Assembly (NCBI GenBank): GCA_964016885.1
Contig: OZ024744.1
Location: 58,156,001 to 58,220,000, forward strand
Length of the DNA: 64,000 nt
From: Eledone cirrhosa
Lineage: Eukaryota
Direction of reading: 5' to 3'
Shown: in pieces, positions 40,535 to 56,582 of the stretch
Layout of the letters: every line of letters begins with the position of its first letter
Numbering within the stretch: position 1 is the first letter of the stretch
The notes under the pieces: model-generated
Database searches by the model: none
What the model saw: the letters and a program-made list of their open reading frames with translations, nothing else
Told to the model about the DNA's origin: nothing
Program-made: the position numbers and the translations under genes

Positions 40535-41703
40535 TAAAACATGTCTATAGAATCACAAGATAAAATATATACTATTTCCTCTCCCAATTAGCATAATTAA
40601 CTATATAAAAAATCGAATAGACCAGGCTATAAGAATAAGGCTTCTATGAAGGAATCTCCGACAAATAACCGAAACTAGCGCTTCGCGTCGGCCGTAGCGG
40701 AATATTTATCGAATATTTCGACAGCGTAATCGCCCACATATAGTCAACTAAACAGAATTAGGTTTCAAATAAACTAGGAGAAAATAGAATACATTTAAAT
40801 ACCTCTACCATGGTTTCGTCCGTGTTTTGAGTTTTCCCATAATTATGTAATAATTATATAAACTCGAGCGCCGGATTCATCAGGAAGCTCGCTCTTATCT
40901 AGACACTAAATTTTCCAAAGCGATCGCGCCAAGAATTCATTTCAAAATGGCTAAAAATCGTGACGTAGTCGCGGTCAGGTTGGAAGGGGTGTGGTAGTTG
41001 CTTACGACTGGTGGCATTTTTGCTAGAAAGAACAGCACAATACAGCCAAATTTGTATCTCAACCTAATGGGAGATTATTACATATAAAAGTTTACATATA
41101 TATATACATACATATACATATACGTGTTTTGCAACTGGTCACTTTGTGGCTCAATGAAAAATTAATAAATTAAACAATCAGAGCTATATATCATAAAACA
41201 TGGCTATAGAATCACAAGATAAAATATATACTATTTCCTCTCCCAATTAGCATAATTAACTATATAAAAAATCGAATAGACCAGGCTATAAGAATTACAT
41301 AATTATGGGAAAACTCAAAACACGGACGAAACCATGGTAGAGGTATTTAAATGTATTCTATTTTCTCCTCGTTTATTTGAAACCTAATTCTGTTTAGTTG
41401 ACTATATCTGGGCGATTACGCTGTCGAAATATTCGATAAATATTCCGCTACGGCCGACGCGAAGCGCTAGTTTCGGTTATTTGTCGGAGATTCCTTCATA
41501 GAAGCCTCATTCTTATAGCCTGGTCTATTCGATTTTTTATATAGTTAATTATGCTAATTGGGAGAGGAAATAGTATATATTTTATCTGGTGATTCTATAG
41601 ACATGTTTTATGATATATAGCTCTGATTGTTTAATTTATTAATTTTTCATTGACCAGTTGCAAAACACGTATATGTATATGTATGTATATATATATATGT
41701 AAA

Positions 41704-41707
<4 letters not shown>
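40528..41707 (-). mobile_element. 659-bp-unit hammerhead repeat with inverted copy; ribozyme at 40802-40887
   Basis: direct repeat 40532/41191; 41293-41707 inverted; CTTC-CTGATGA-ATCCG..CGGAC-GAAA-CCATGG-TA-GAGG. Confidence 0.8.
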
Positions 41708-41801
<94 letters not shown>

Positions 41802-41846
41802 AATACATATACATACATATAAATACATATACATACATATACATAT

Positions 41847-41877
<31 letters not shown>

Positions 41878-42123
41878 CATACATATACACATATACACAT
41901 ATATATTTATACAGACATATATATATATACACACACACACATATATATATACACATATGTACATATATATACATAAATATATATATATATACACATATAC
42001 ATATACACATATATACATATATATACATAAATATATATTCATATATATATATACATATATATACATACATATATATATACATATATATATAAATACATAT
42101 AATTATACATACATATATATATA

Positions 42124-42534
42124 CATGGTGGCTGCCAACTCGTTTTCGAGTATAGCCACTACTTTATATCCATGTAGGAGAACTCCTACCGATGCGCTGA
42201 ACGAATGTGACTTTAGTCCAGCCAACGACTTGAAAACCCCGGTACAAAGACCACACTTGTGACAATTATTGACACATAGTGCTAGGCCCATGGTACCATG
42301 GGACGACAAGTGCAGAGAGATCTCCAGATATAAAGCAATGCCTGTGCCGTGAAGCTTTTATAGTGAGCAAAGGCACTACACAAAGCCAGTCCCACTCTCT
42401 TAACCAAGATGATATTTACCAAAAAGAAGAACAAGTCAACATCATTGGATACCATCAGGGTTGCAGGTGTTATATCAGAGTTTTCCTTCTCCTAGAATTC
42501 TGCCTTGACAAAGGCTAAGGGGTCATCTCTCCTG
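42124..42534 (-). mobile_element. bipartite non-autonomous RTE, 5'-truncated
   Basis: similar to 38875-39476. Confidence 0.8.
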
Positions 42535-42706
42535 GATATATATACATACATATATATATACATACATATATACAGATATATATAATACATACATATATAC
42601 AGATATATATACATACTTATATACACACATATATATATACATATATACACAAATACAGTATATATATATATACATACATATATACATTTATACATATAGA
42701 AAAACA

Positions 42707-42742
<36 letters not shown>

Positions 42743-42899
42743 CATATATATAATCATACATATATATACATATATATAATCATACATATATATACATACA
42801 TATATACACATACATATATACATACATATATATATATACATACATATATATATATATATAATCATACATATATATACATACATATATACATACATATAC

Positions 42900-42975
<76 letters not shown>

Positions 42976-43846
42976 TCGGACAAAACCATGTGTCTGTGGC
43001 GACCTTTAAAGTCACAGCATACCCGCTTTGGCTAAGAATGAAAGACTTGCTGAAGAAGTAAATCCTATGTTCTGTCGTCAAAAACCATTATATTGCAAAC
43101 TCCTGCAATAGGAATTTGTCGATCATGGATTTGCAGAAACTTAGCGCTGTCGCTGCGTGCGATTTTGCGATCAATATTGTGGAAACACCATGTGGATTGT
43201 ATATTTTACACCCAGCCTCAGCGTTATGTCCAGGTCAGTAAAAAATCTTTACCTGGGTCCTGTATTTTCGTTGCTCTAGTGATGCGGTCGGACTGCCGAC
43301 TGCTATATCTAATTTGCTAAGCTGTCTGAACATAATGTTATACTCTGGGGTCTTACCTCATATGAGTGCTAAAGCTATAAACCGAATAAGCATACACGCT
43401 AGCTTGGCCGTATACTAGAGCTTCGTCTATGCTGTACTAAAATGTATATATATACATATATATATACATACATATATATATATATACTTACATATATATA
43501 CATACATATATATATATATACTTACATATATACATACATATATATATATACATATATATATATATACACATATATATACAAGGGATAATAAAATATCGTT
43601 ATAGGTAATCCAGTTAGAGGTTGTGAATACTTTTTATTATGGATAGTTTTAGCGTACGCCGTTGTTTGACTCAACAAGAGATTTACGCAGGTGGCGAGTT
43701 TATGATTTCACTGGTCCAAGTGTTCAGCAATTTTAGACAACTTAATCAGTGAAACAATTGTTAGTACTGTAATAAATCCCTTTTTTGTACTGTTGACTAT
43801 GTTATTCTTCACTTTTTCAGTTACACACACACATATATATATGTAC

Positions 43847-43921
<75 letters not shown>

Positions 43922-44029
43922 CATATACATATATATATACATATATACATATATATATATACATATATACATATATATATATACATATATACATATATAT
44001 ATATACATACATATATATATACATACATA

Positions 44030-44099
<70 letters not shown>

Positions 44100-44246
44100 C
44101 ATACATATATATATATATACATATATACATACATATATATATATATACATACATATATATATACATACATATATATATACATACATATATATATACATAC
44201 ATATATATATACATACATATATACATATATATACATATATATACAC

Positions 44247-47200
44247 AGAGGTCGAAAGAGCCGTCGGCTTGATGAAAAGCGGAAAGGCGCCAGGGAAAGA
44301 CTGCATAACATCGGAGGTGTTGAAGTCAGGCGGAGAGCAGCTCTGGAAAATCCTCGCCGAGCGATTCACACACTATCTGGACGAGGGAAGAATACCCTCG
44401 CAGTGGAAAGAGTCAATACCATCCTGCTATACAAGAAGGGTGATAGAGAAGATCTGAAGAACTACTGACCAAATGCCTGCTGTCTCACGTGTACAAGTTG
44501 TTCACGAAGATAATCCTGAACAGGTTATCACGTCATCTGGACGAACAGCAACCGAGAGAGCAAGCCGGCTTCCGGAAGAACTACAGCACGATGGACTACA
44601 TATTTACTCTGACACAACTGTTTGAGCGAGCGAAAGAGTACAAGATGCCTCTTTGCGTCGCGTTCGTAGACTACGAGAAGGCCTTCGACAGCGTTGAAAT
44701 CAACGCAGTGCTGAATTCGCTGCAGAGGCAAGGAGTCGAGGCGCAGTACATTCAACTGCTCAAGGAAGCGAATTCCGGATGCACCACCGACATAGCTCTG
44801 CTGTCATCACCCGTACGAGTGCCGGTCGAGAAGGGAGTGAAGCAAGGAGATACGATCCCTCCAAAACTTTTCAGCGCGTGTCTCGAGCAGATCATCAGAG
44901 TCATTGACTGGCAAGGCGGTGTCAACATCAACGCCGAGATACTTACCCACCTCAGTTTCGCTGATGACATCGTACTCATCGCTGAAACCACGGATCAGCT
45001 TCAGACCATGCTGACAGAGCTCGACATCAAAAACTCTGCATTAGGCCTCAAGATGAACCGCATGAAAACGAAATTCATGCGGTCCGACAACGTACCAACA
45101 GGTCGAATGGTGGTTGGCGGTGATGAAATAGAGAGGTGGAGGAATACGTCTACCTAGGACAAGAAGTGAACATGCGCCGAGACATTGAGAGAGAGATCTC
45201 GCGGAGAGTAAGGGTCGGATGGAAGGGTTCAACGGCATAAGGGATGTGCTTAAGACCACCCGCGCCAACCTCTTCAATAGCACAGTTTCACCTGCAATGT
45301 TATATGGCAGTGAAACTTGGGCTACAACGAAGAGAGAAGCTGGTAACGGCTCAAAGAGCCATGGAGAGATCAATGCTAGGAATCTCGTTGAGAGAGCACA
45401 TCAGGAGCGAAGTCATCAGACAGAAGTCCGGCGTGAGGGATGTCATCACGGAATATATGCGCAGCAAGTTCAGATGGGCTGGACACATCGCCCGGTTCAC
45501 CAATAACACGTGTAACAAAAAAAATGTTTCTCTATTCCTGGCTTGTAATCACTTTTTTGTGTTGCTTAGGTCCCAAATAAATTTTTAAAAAGTGCTATTA
45601 AACATTTAAAAGTTTGGGTTTGTAAAATTTCTAAGATATTCACTAGAATTATTTGTATGCTGGATTTTACGTTGTATGTAAGTTTAATTTGCTTATGTTA
45701 AATGATTTTTTTTATATATGTTTGAGGTTAAATTAAAATTATAAAATAAAGAGTAATACCTAAAGAAAATTATAAAAGTGCAATAAAGATTAAAATTGTT
45801 AAAAAGTGGATTAAAGAGATTTATTGATACTGGATTTTCGCACCCTGAATAAAGGGTAAGTTGTGTTTTAAGCACGAATTTTCATTAGTATGATTAGTGT
45901 TCTTTTATATTATTTAAATATGTATTTCCCTTTCCAATATTTATTTTGTATTGCATATCAAATTTATTTTCCAAGACAAGTATTCTGATGAAGAGGAGGC
46001 GATGGATGCTGAGGACTTGGATTACCTGCCTGAGGTACCAGAAAAAGTTCCTCACTTCCCAAACCAAAAAGAAGTCAATAACTTGGTAGGGGATATGGGT
46101 CTGACCAAGTCCAATGCAGAGCTATTCGTCTCCAGGATGAAGCAGTGGAACTTGGTCGAGGAGGAAGTGCAGGTGACAAGTCAGAGAAGTTGACACGAAC
46201 CTTTCTCGGGCTTTTACACTCTTAGGGATGGCCTCTGCTTCTGCCATGACGTGCCTGGACTGTTTGACGTTATTGGGGTGCCGTTTGTGCTCAAGGTGTG
46301 GCAGCTATTTATAGACAGCTCCACCACAAGTTTGAAGGCTGTCCTCCTCCACAATGGAAACAAGTTCCCGACACTGCCCCTAGCTCATTCAGTCTGCCTG
46401 AAGGAAGATTACTACAGTGTGAAAGTCCTCTTGGAAGCTCTGCAATACAACCAGTACAATTGGGAAATCATTGGAGACTTCAAGATGGTGGCTTTCCTGC
46501 TTGGACTCCAAGGAGGCTTTATCAAATTCCAATGCTTCCTCTGCCTTTGGGACAGCAGAGTCACCTCTGACCACTACAAAAGAAAGAACTGGGAGCAGCG
46601 AACAGAATTTGTAGTTGGGACCCGGAACGTCATATGGGAGCCACTGGTTGATCCCAGGATTGTGCTCATGCCGCCACTGCACATTAAGTTGGGGTTGATG
46701 AAGCAGTTTGTGAATGCTCTCAACCAAGAATCAGCCGCTTTTAAGTACCTTCTTGAGTTCTTCCCCAAGTTATCTGAGGTCAAAATCAAAGGTGGAATTT
46801 TTGTTGGACCTCAGATAAAGAAGGTGTTTGAGTCTACCGAGTTCTCCAATAAGCTCAATAGGATTGAGAGAACAGCATGGAACTGTTTCAAGGCAGTTGT
46901 TAAGGGCTTCCTGGGCAACTACAGAGCTGAAAACTACCAGCAACTGGTGCAGGATCTGATAAAGGCTTTTGGCGACATGGGATGCAGGATGTCGCTTAAA
47001 CTCCATATGCTGGACGCTCACATGGAAAAATTCAAGGACAATATGGGCGCCTACTCAGAAGAACAAGGCGAACGATTCCACCTAGATGTCAAAGAGATAG
47101 AGCGGAGGTACCAGGGCCACTACAATGAAAAAAATGATGGGGGACTATATATGGGGGCTAGTGTGGGAATGCGACTTGGACTACAACCGCAAATCCAAGA

Positions 47201-47702
47201 AATCCAGTCATTTCTGACGTGTGTAAGTTGCTTTATAAGTGTTATTTGTTTTTACTTGTTTGCTTTTGATAAGCTTGTGTAATAAAATAAATATATACTC
47301 TGTTGATTTAATTATATGGACTGATAAATTTTTTTTTAATGTGTTTTTTCTTGAAAAATGTGAAAATTTCGAAATATCAAACTCCTGACCACAAACCAAA
47401 GCTTCTGATTAAATAATAGTGTTTTTTTATAATAATGGGATATAACAAACCATGAAATGACACTTAGAACCGGGGAACAAATAATATATTACACGGTGTA
47501 ATCGGTGGACCCGCGCAGTTGCCGAGTGGTACCCGCGCGAGCGGATGCGACCACTCGGAAGGCCTCCACGAAGGTGAAGTTACGATTTTAGGAATATGAT
47601 TGGGTCTACATAGATGAGGAAAGCACGATCCAGAGAGTAATGGACGGCGTGCTGTGACCAGCGGCGCCGAATAGACGCCCGACAGACTGGTCGGTCAAGG
47701 TG

Positions 47703-47703
<1 letters not shown>
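44247..47703 (+). mobile_element. RTE LINE (second family), 5'-truncated, frameshifted, split by a DNA transposon
   Basis: EQAGFR, FVDYEKAFD, GVKQGD, FADD, RWAGHIAR; resumes at 47499 with NRWTRAVAEWYPR..GRPPRR. Confidence 0.9.
45507..47498 (+). mobile_element. Chapaev3-like (CMC/Transib-related) DNA transposon, disrupted transposase ~45975-47217
   Basis: CAC(C)GTGTAA TIRs, 3-bp TAA TSD; FIDSS..SLKAVLLHNGN, CFLCLWDSR, PPLHIKLGLMKQF, EQGERFH motifs. Confidence 0.82.
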
Positions 47704-50097
<2,394 letters not shown>

Positions 50098-50101
50098 ATA
50101 T

Positions 50102-50156
<55 letters not shown>

Positions 50157-50539
50157 TATACATATATATAAACACATATATACATACTTATATATATATA
50201 CATACATATATATATATACATATATATACATACATATATATATACATATATATACATACATATATATATACATATATATATATACATATATGAATGAAAA
50301 TAGACCGAGAAATAGGAATGTCCATCATCAGTAGCCTGCTGATTATCATTGGTATTTCTTCGCATTAAAAACCAGATACCTAAAATCAGTGCGAGCGATA
50401 ACTAAATTAAGTTATCGGGACAGAGGAAAGTAAACAAATAACATGGTAGTAATGCAACGTAAAGAAAGGAAAAGAAAGACAAGTCAATGAATCTTGTGGG
50501 CTTAAGTCCGACAAATCAAATGACGAGAAGAAACAGACA

Positions 50540-51010
50540 TGTCCATCTTATGCTATATACTATGTTTCTAGAAACATAGTATATAGAATAAGATGTACTG
50601 AAGGACAATGTAAAGATAAGAATATAGTGTACATAGGTGAGACAGCTCGTAGTATAGGAGAACGGTTAATAAACACTGGCGAGAGCTTCAAGATAGAAAA
50701 AGAATCATCAGTACTCTAAGCACACAACAAACTAAGCACACAACACACACAAAAACAATATCGCGTAGGACAGAACAAAGGAGAGGCACAAAACAAAGAA
50801 AAGAATCCCCAGTCACTGAAGAGGTCACAGAATGTGTGACGAAAGAACTTTGACAATATATGAACAACCGTCCGGTTGTGGAACCAACCAACCAACCGGA
50901 AATTTATAAATTCTTAAATTTATAAATTTAATTGATAATAAATTGGAGTGAAAGCAACTGGTGCGTGTGTTTCTTATTGGCAACATGACCCTCCCAAAGT
51001 ATAACAATAT
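50540..51010 (+). mobile_element. Penelope-like 3' fragment (GIY-YIG plus pLTR; hammerhead at 50812-50854)
   Basis: IVYRIRCTEGQC..VYIGETARSIGER; GTCA-CTGAAGA-G-GTCACA..TGTGAC-GAAA-GAAC-TT-TGAC. Confidence 0.8.
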
Positions 51011-51075
51011 CGGTTTCAACACACGTTTTCAGATAAAGAATCTTGCTAAACAAATTCAAAAACGAAATATATATA

Positions 51076-51756
51076 TATACAAATAAAGATTCAGCGAGAA
51101 TCACATTTTCGGGGGGCAGGAAAAGCGAAGCGAAACGCAAAAACAAGAAATGATACTGGCAAAGTGCTCAATAGTTAAAAACCAGAGCTAAACATTGTGT
51201 TAAGAAGCCATACAAAACTGAAAAGGTGGTCAAGAAAGCATTAACCACCCAAGCCAAAAACCAAATCAAGCTAAACAGGTCAAAACAAAATAAATGATAA
51301 AAAATAAATGATAACCAGACCTGGACTCCCGGAATTGCTGTTAAAATCCGATGTAGAGTTTCTGTGACACCTAAATCAAAATACAGTCTGCTTAAACATA
51401 TAAGCTTTGTGTATAACAATCGAACAAGGAATATCACGTTATCAACAGGTATTTCGCTCTGTACCAAATAAGTGAATGACACGGTGGTAAGTTAAACCAC
51501 GTGTGGAAATCAGAAGGGGAATAAGCCCAGATTTTGGCAAAGTAATTCAGTTGGTGTATATTATGCGAAAAAATAGCATAAATAGCATAAATCGAATAAG
51601 TTCTCAACCGAGTAGTTTAAAATAAACGTATACAATTAACCTGTCAATAGAAATTATTAACAAGTTAATTGTAAGACACGGGAGATTAATACAAATAAAG
51701 ATTCAGCGAGAATCGCATTTTCGGCGGGCAGGAAAAACGAAGCGAAACGCAATACA
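51076..51756. repeat. partial tandem with ~65-bp terminal direct repeats (~612-bp period)
   Basis: ATACAAATAAAGATTCAGCGAGAATC..GCGAAACGCAA at ~51077 and ~51689. Confidence 0.7.
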
Positions 51757-51905
51757 TGCTTATATATATATATACATTCATATATATATATATACATACA
51801 TATATATATATACATATATATACATATATATATATACATACATATATATATACATACATATATATATACATACATATATATATACATACATATATACACA
51901 CATTC

Positions 51906-51948
<43 letters not shown>

Positions 51949-52055
51949 TACACACATATATATATACATACATATATATATATACATATATATATATACA
52001 TATATATACATATATACATATATATACATATATACATATATATACATATATACAT

Positions 52056-52410
52056 ATGGTGGCTACCAACTCGTTTTCGAGTACGGCCACTACTTTATAT
52101 CCATGTAGGAGAACCCCTACCGATGCGCTGAACGAGTGTGACTTTTTAGTCCAGCCAGCGACTTGAAAACTCTGGTACAAACACTACACTTGTGACAATT
52201 ATTGACACATAGTGCTGGGCCCATGGTACCAAGTGACCACAAGTGCAGAGAGATCTCCAGATATAAAGCAATGCCTGTGCCGTGAAGCTTTTATAGTGAG
52301 CAAAGGCACTGCACAAAGCCAGTCCCACTCTCTTAACCAAGATGATATTTACCAAAAAGAAGAACAACTCAACATCATTGGATACCATCAGGGTTGCAGG
52401 GTTGCAGGTG
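52056..52410 (-). mobile_element. bipartite non-autonomous RTE, 5'-truncated
   Basis: similar to 38875-39476. Confidence 0.8.
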
Positions 52411-52483
52411 TATATACATATATATACATACATACATACATACATATATATATATACATACATATATACATACGTACATATAC

Positions 52484-52530
<47 letters not shown>

Positions 52531-52531
52531 C

Positions 52532-52562
<31 letters not shown>

Positions 52563-52947
52563 CACATATATATATATATACACACATATATATATATACA
52601 TACATATATATATACACACATATATATATATACATACATATATATATACATACATATATACATACATACATATATATATACATACATATATACATACATA
52701 CATATATATATACATACATATATACATACATACATATATACATACATACATATATACATATATATATATACATACATATATACATATATATATATACATA
52801 CATATATACATACATATATACATATATATATATACATACATATATACATACATATATACATGTATATATATACATACATATATATATATACATACATATA
52901 TATATACATACATATATATATATATACATACATATATATATACATAC

Positions 52948-52978
<31 letters not shown>

Positions 52979-52995
52979 CATATATATATACATAC

Positions 52996-53030
<35 letters not shown>

Positions 53031-53061
53031 CATATATATATACATACATATATATATATAC

Positions 53062-53144
<83 letters not shown>

Positions 53145-53224
53145 CACATATATACATACATATATATACTTACATGTATATATATATATACATGCATATA
53201 TATATAGAGATACATATATATACA

Positions 53225-53260
<36 letters not shown>

Positions 53261-53294
53261 CATACATATATATATAAAAACATATATTTACATA

Positions 53295-53329
<35 letters not shown>

Positions 53330-53357
53330 CATACATATATAAACATATATTTAGATA

Positions 53358-53396
<39 letters not shown>

Positions 53397-53424
53397 CATA
53401 CATATATAAACATATATTTAGATA

Positions 53425-53463
<39 letters not shown>

Positions 53464-53565
53464 CATACATATATAAACACATATACATATATATAAACAC
53501 ATATATATATACATATATATACATACATATATACATATATATATACATATATACATATATACATA
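52411..53565. repeat. (TA)n/(TACA)n microsatellite
   Basis: direct inspection. Confidence 0.95.
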
Positions 53566-53981
53566 TCATCATCATCATCATTTTACGTCCGCTTTTCCCT
53601 GCTTGCAAGGGTGGGACGGGAACTGATTCTGGCTTGATTTCTACAGCTGGATGCCCTTCCTAATACCACCTCATTTACAGTGAGTGCTGGGTGCTTTTTT
53701 GCCGTGACACCTAAACGTCCACTTTGCAGTGGAATGATAGGGACCCCAGTCCCTATCATCTCATTTCTACAGCTGAGTAAATTGGAGCAACGTGAAATAA
53801 AGTGTCTTGCTCAAGGAAACAACACATCACCCAGTCTGAGAATTGAACTCACAACCTTTCTATTGCAAGGCCAATGCTCTATCCACTAAGCCATGTGCCT
53901 TCATTATACATATATATACATAAATACATACATATACATACATATATACATATATTTACATATATACATACATATATGGTA

Positions 53982-54587
53982 GTGGCTGCCAACTCGTTTT
54001 CGAGTACGGCCACTACTTTATATCCATGTAGGAGAACGCCTACCGATGCGCTGAACGAGTGTGACTTTTTAGTCCAGCCAGCGACTTGAAAACTCTGGTA
54101 CAAACATTACACCTGTGACAATTATTGACACATAGTGCTGGGCCCATGGTACCCTGTGACGACAAGTGCAGAGAGATCTCCAGATATAAAGCAATGCCTG
54201 TGCCGTGAAGCTTTTATAGTGAGCAAAGGCACTGCACAAAGCCAGTCCCACTCTCTTAACCAAGATGATATTTACCAAAAAGAAAAACAAGTCAACATCA
54301 TTGGATACCATCAGGGTTGCAGGTGTTACGTCAGAGTTTTCCTTCTCCTAGAATTCTGCCTTGACAAAGGCTAAGGGGTCATCTCTCCCGGTGATTTTGG
54401 ATGGCCATTGACTCTTAAGCGCTCCTTTGCCCTTTGACAGGTTTTGGTTTTTAGTCCTGCAGGATGTCCAAAGTCACCCTCCTCACCAAGAAACCTTGGT
54501 GGGGTTGCCAGTTTAGTCACCAACGATTCGACCATGAGGCAGGTTGTACTGGGATACATGTTACCAGTAGCACTAGCTGGTGACCTG

Positions 54588-54590
<3 letters not shown>
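53982..54590 (-). mobile_element. bipartite non-autonomous RTE, full length
   Basis: same termini as the copies at 38875 and 55848. Confidence 0.8.
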
Positions 54591-54630
<40 letters not shown>

Positions 54631-55548
54631 TATATACATACATATACATACATATATATATATATATACATACATATATATATACATACATATACATACA
54701 TATATATATATATACACATACATATATACATACATACATATACATACATATATATATATATACATACATATATACATACATACATATATACATATATATA
54801 TACATACATATATACATATATATATACATATATATATACATACATATATACATATATATATACATACATATATACATATATATATACATACATATATACA
54901 TACATATATACATATATATATACATATATATATACATATATACATATATGTATACATACATATATACATATATATATACATACATATATACATATATATA
55001 TACATACATATATACATATATATATACATACATATATACATATATATATACATACATATATACATATATATATACATACATATATACATATATATATACA
55101 TACATATATACATATATATATACATACATATATATATACATACATATATATATACATACATATATATATACATACATATATATATACATATATATATATA
55201 TACATATATATACATATATATATACATATATATATATATACATATATATATACATATATATATATATACATATATATATACATACATATATATATACATA
55301 TATATATATACATACATATATATATACATATATATATACATACATATATATATACATATATATATATATACATATATATATACATACATATATATATACA
55401 TACATATATATATATACATACATATATATATACATATATATATATATATACATACATATATATATACATATATATATACATACATATATACATACATATA
55501 TATATACATACATATATACATACATATATATATACATATATATATACA

Positions 55549-55588
<40 letters not shown>

Positions 55589-55803
55589 CATACATATATA
55601 TATACATATATATATACATACATATATATATACATATATATATACATATATATATACATACATATATACATATACATACATATATACATATATATATACA
55701 TACATATATACATATATATATACATACATATATATATACATACATATATATATACATACATACATATATATATACATACATATATATATACATACATATA
55801 TAT

Positions 55804-55847
<44 letters not shown>
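54591..55847. repeat. (TA)n/(TACA)n microsatellite
   Basis: direct inspection. Confidence 0.95.
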
Positions 55848-55851
<4 letters not shown>

Positions 55852-56440
55852 TGGCTGCCAACTCGTTTTCGAGTACGGCCACTACTTTATATCCATGTAG
55901 GAGAACTCCTACCAATGCTGAACGAGTGTGACTTTTTAGTCCAGCCAGCAACTAGAAAACTCTGGTACAAACACTACACTTGTGACAATTATTGACACAT
56001 AGTGCTGGGCCCATGGTACCATGTGAGGACAAGTGCAGAGAGATCTCCAAATACAAAGCAATGCCTGTGCCGTGAAGCTTTTATAGTGAGCAAAGGCACT
56101 GCACAAAGCCAGTCCCACTCTCTTAACCAAGATGATATTTACCAAAAAGAAGAACAAGTCAACATCATTGGATACCATCAGGGTTGCAGGTGTTATATCA
56201 GAGTTTTCCTTCTCCTAGAATTCTGCCTTGACAAAGGCTAAGGGGTCATCTCTCCCGGTGATTTTGGATGGCCATTGACTCTTAAGAGCTCCTTCTGTTT
56301 TTAGTCCTGCAGGATGTCCAAAGTCACCCCCCTCACCAAGAAACCTTGGTGGGGTTGCCAGTTTAGTCGCCAACGACCCGACCATGAGACAGGTTGTACT
56401 AGGATACATGTTACCAGTAGCACCAACTGGTGACCTGACA
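55848..56440 (-). mobile_element. bipartite non-autonomous RTE, full length
   Basis: same termini as the copy at 53982. Confidence 0.8.
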
Positions 56441-56582
56441 TATATATATATATACATACATATATACATACATATATATATACATACATGATGGCTGACC
56501 CCTCGTTATCGAGTATGGCCATTGCACGAGAAAAAAAGCCATAATAATAACAATAATATTAATAATAACAACTATAATAATA

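Noticed and set aside
43695-43770. GAAA-CAATTG-TT hammerhead half (similar halves at 12600-12640 and 19144)
   Set aside because: Core or other half missing or degenerate
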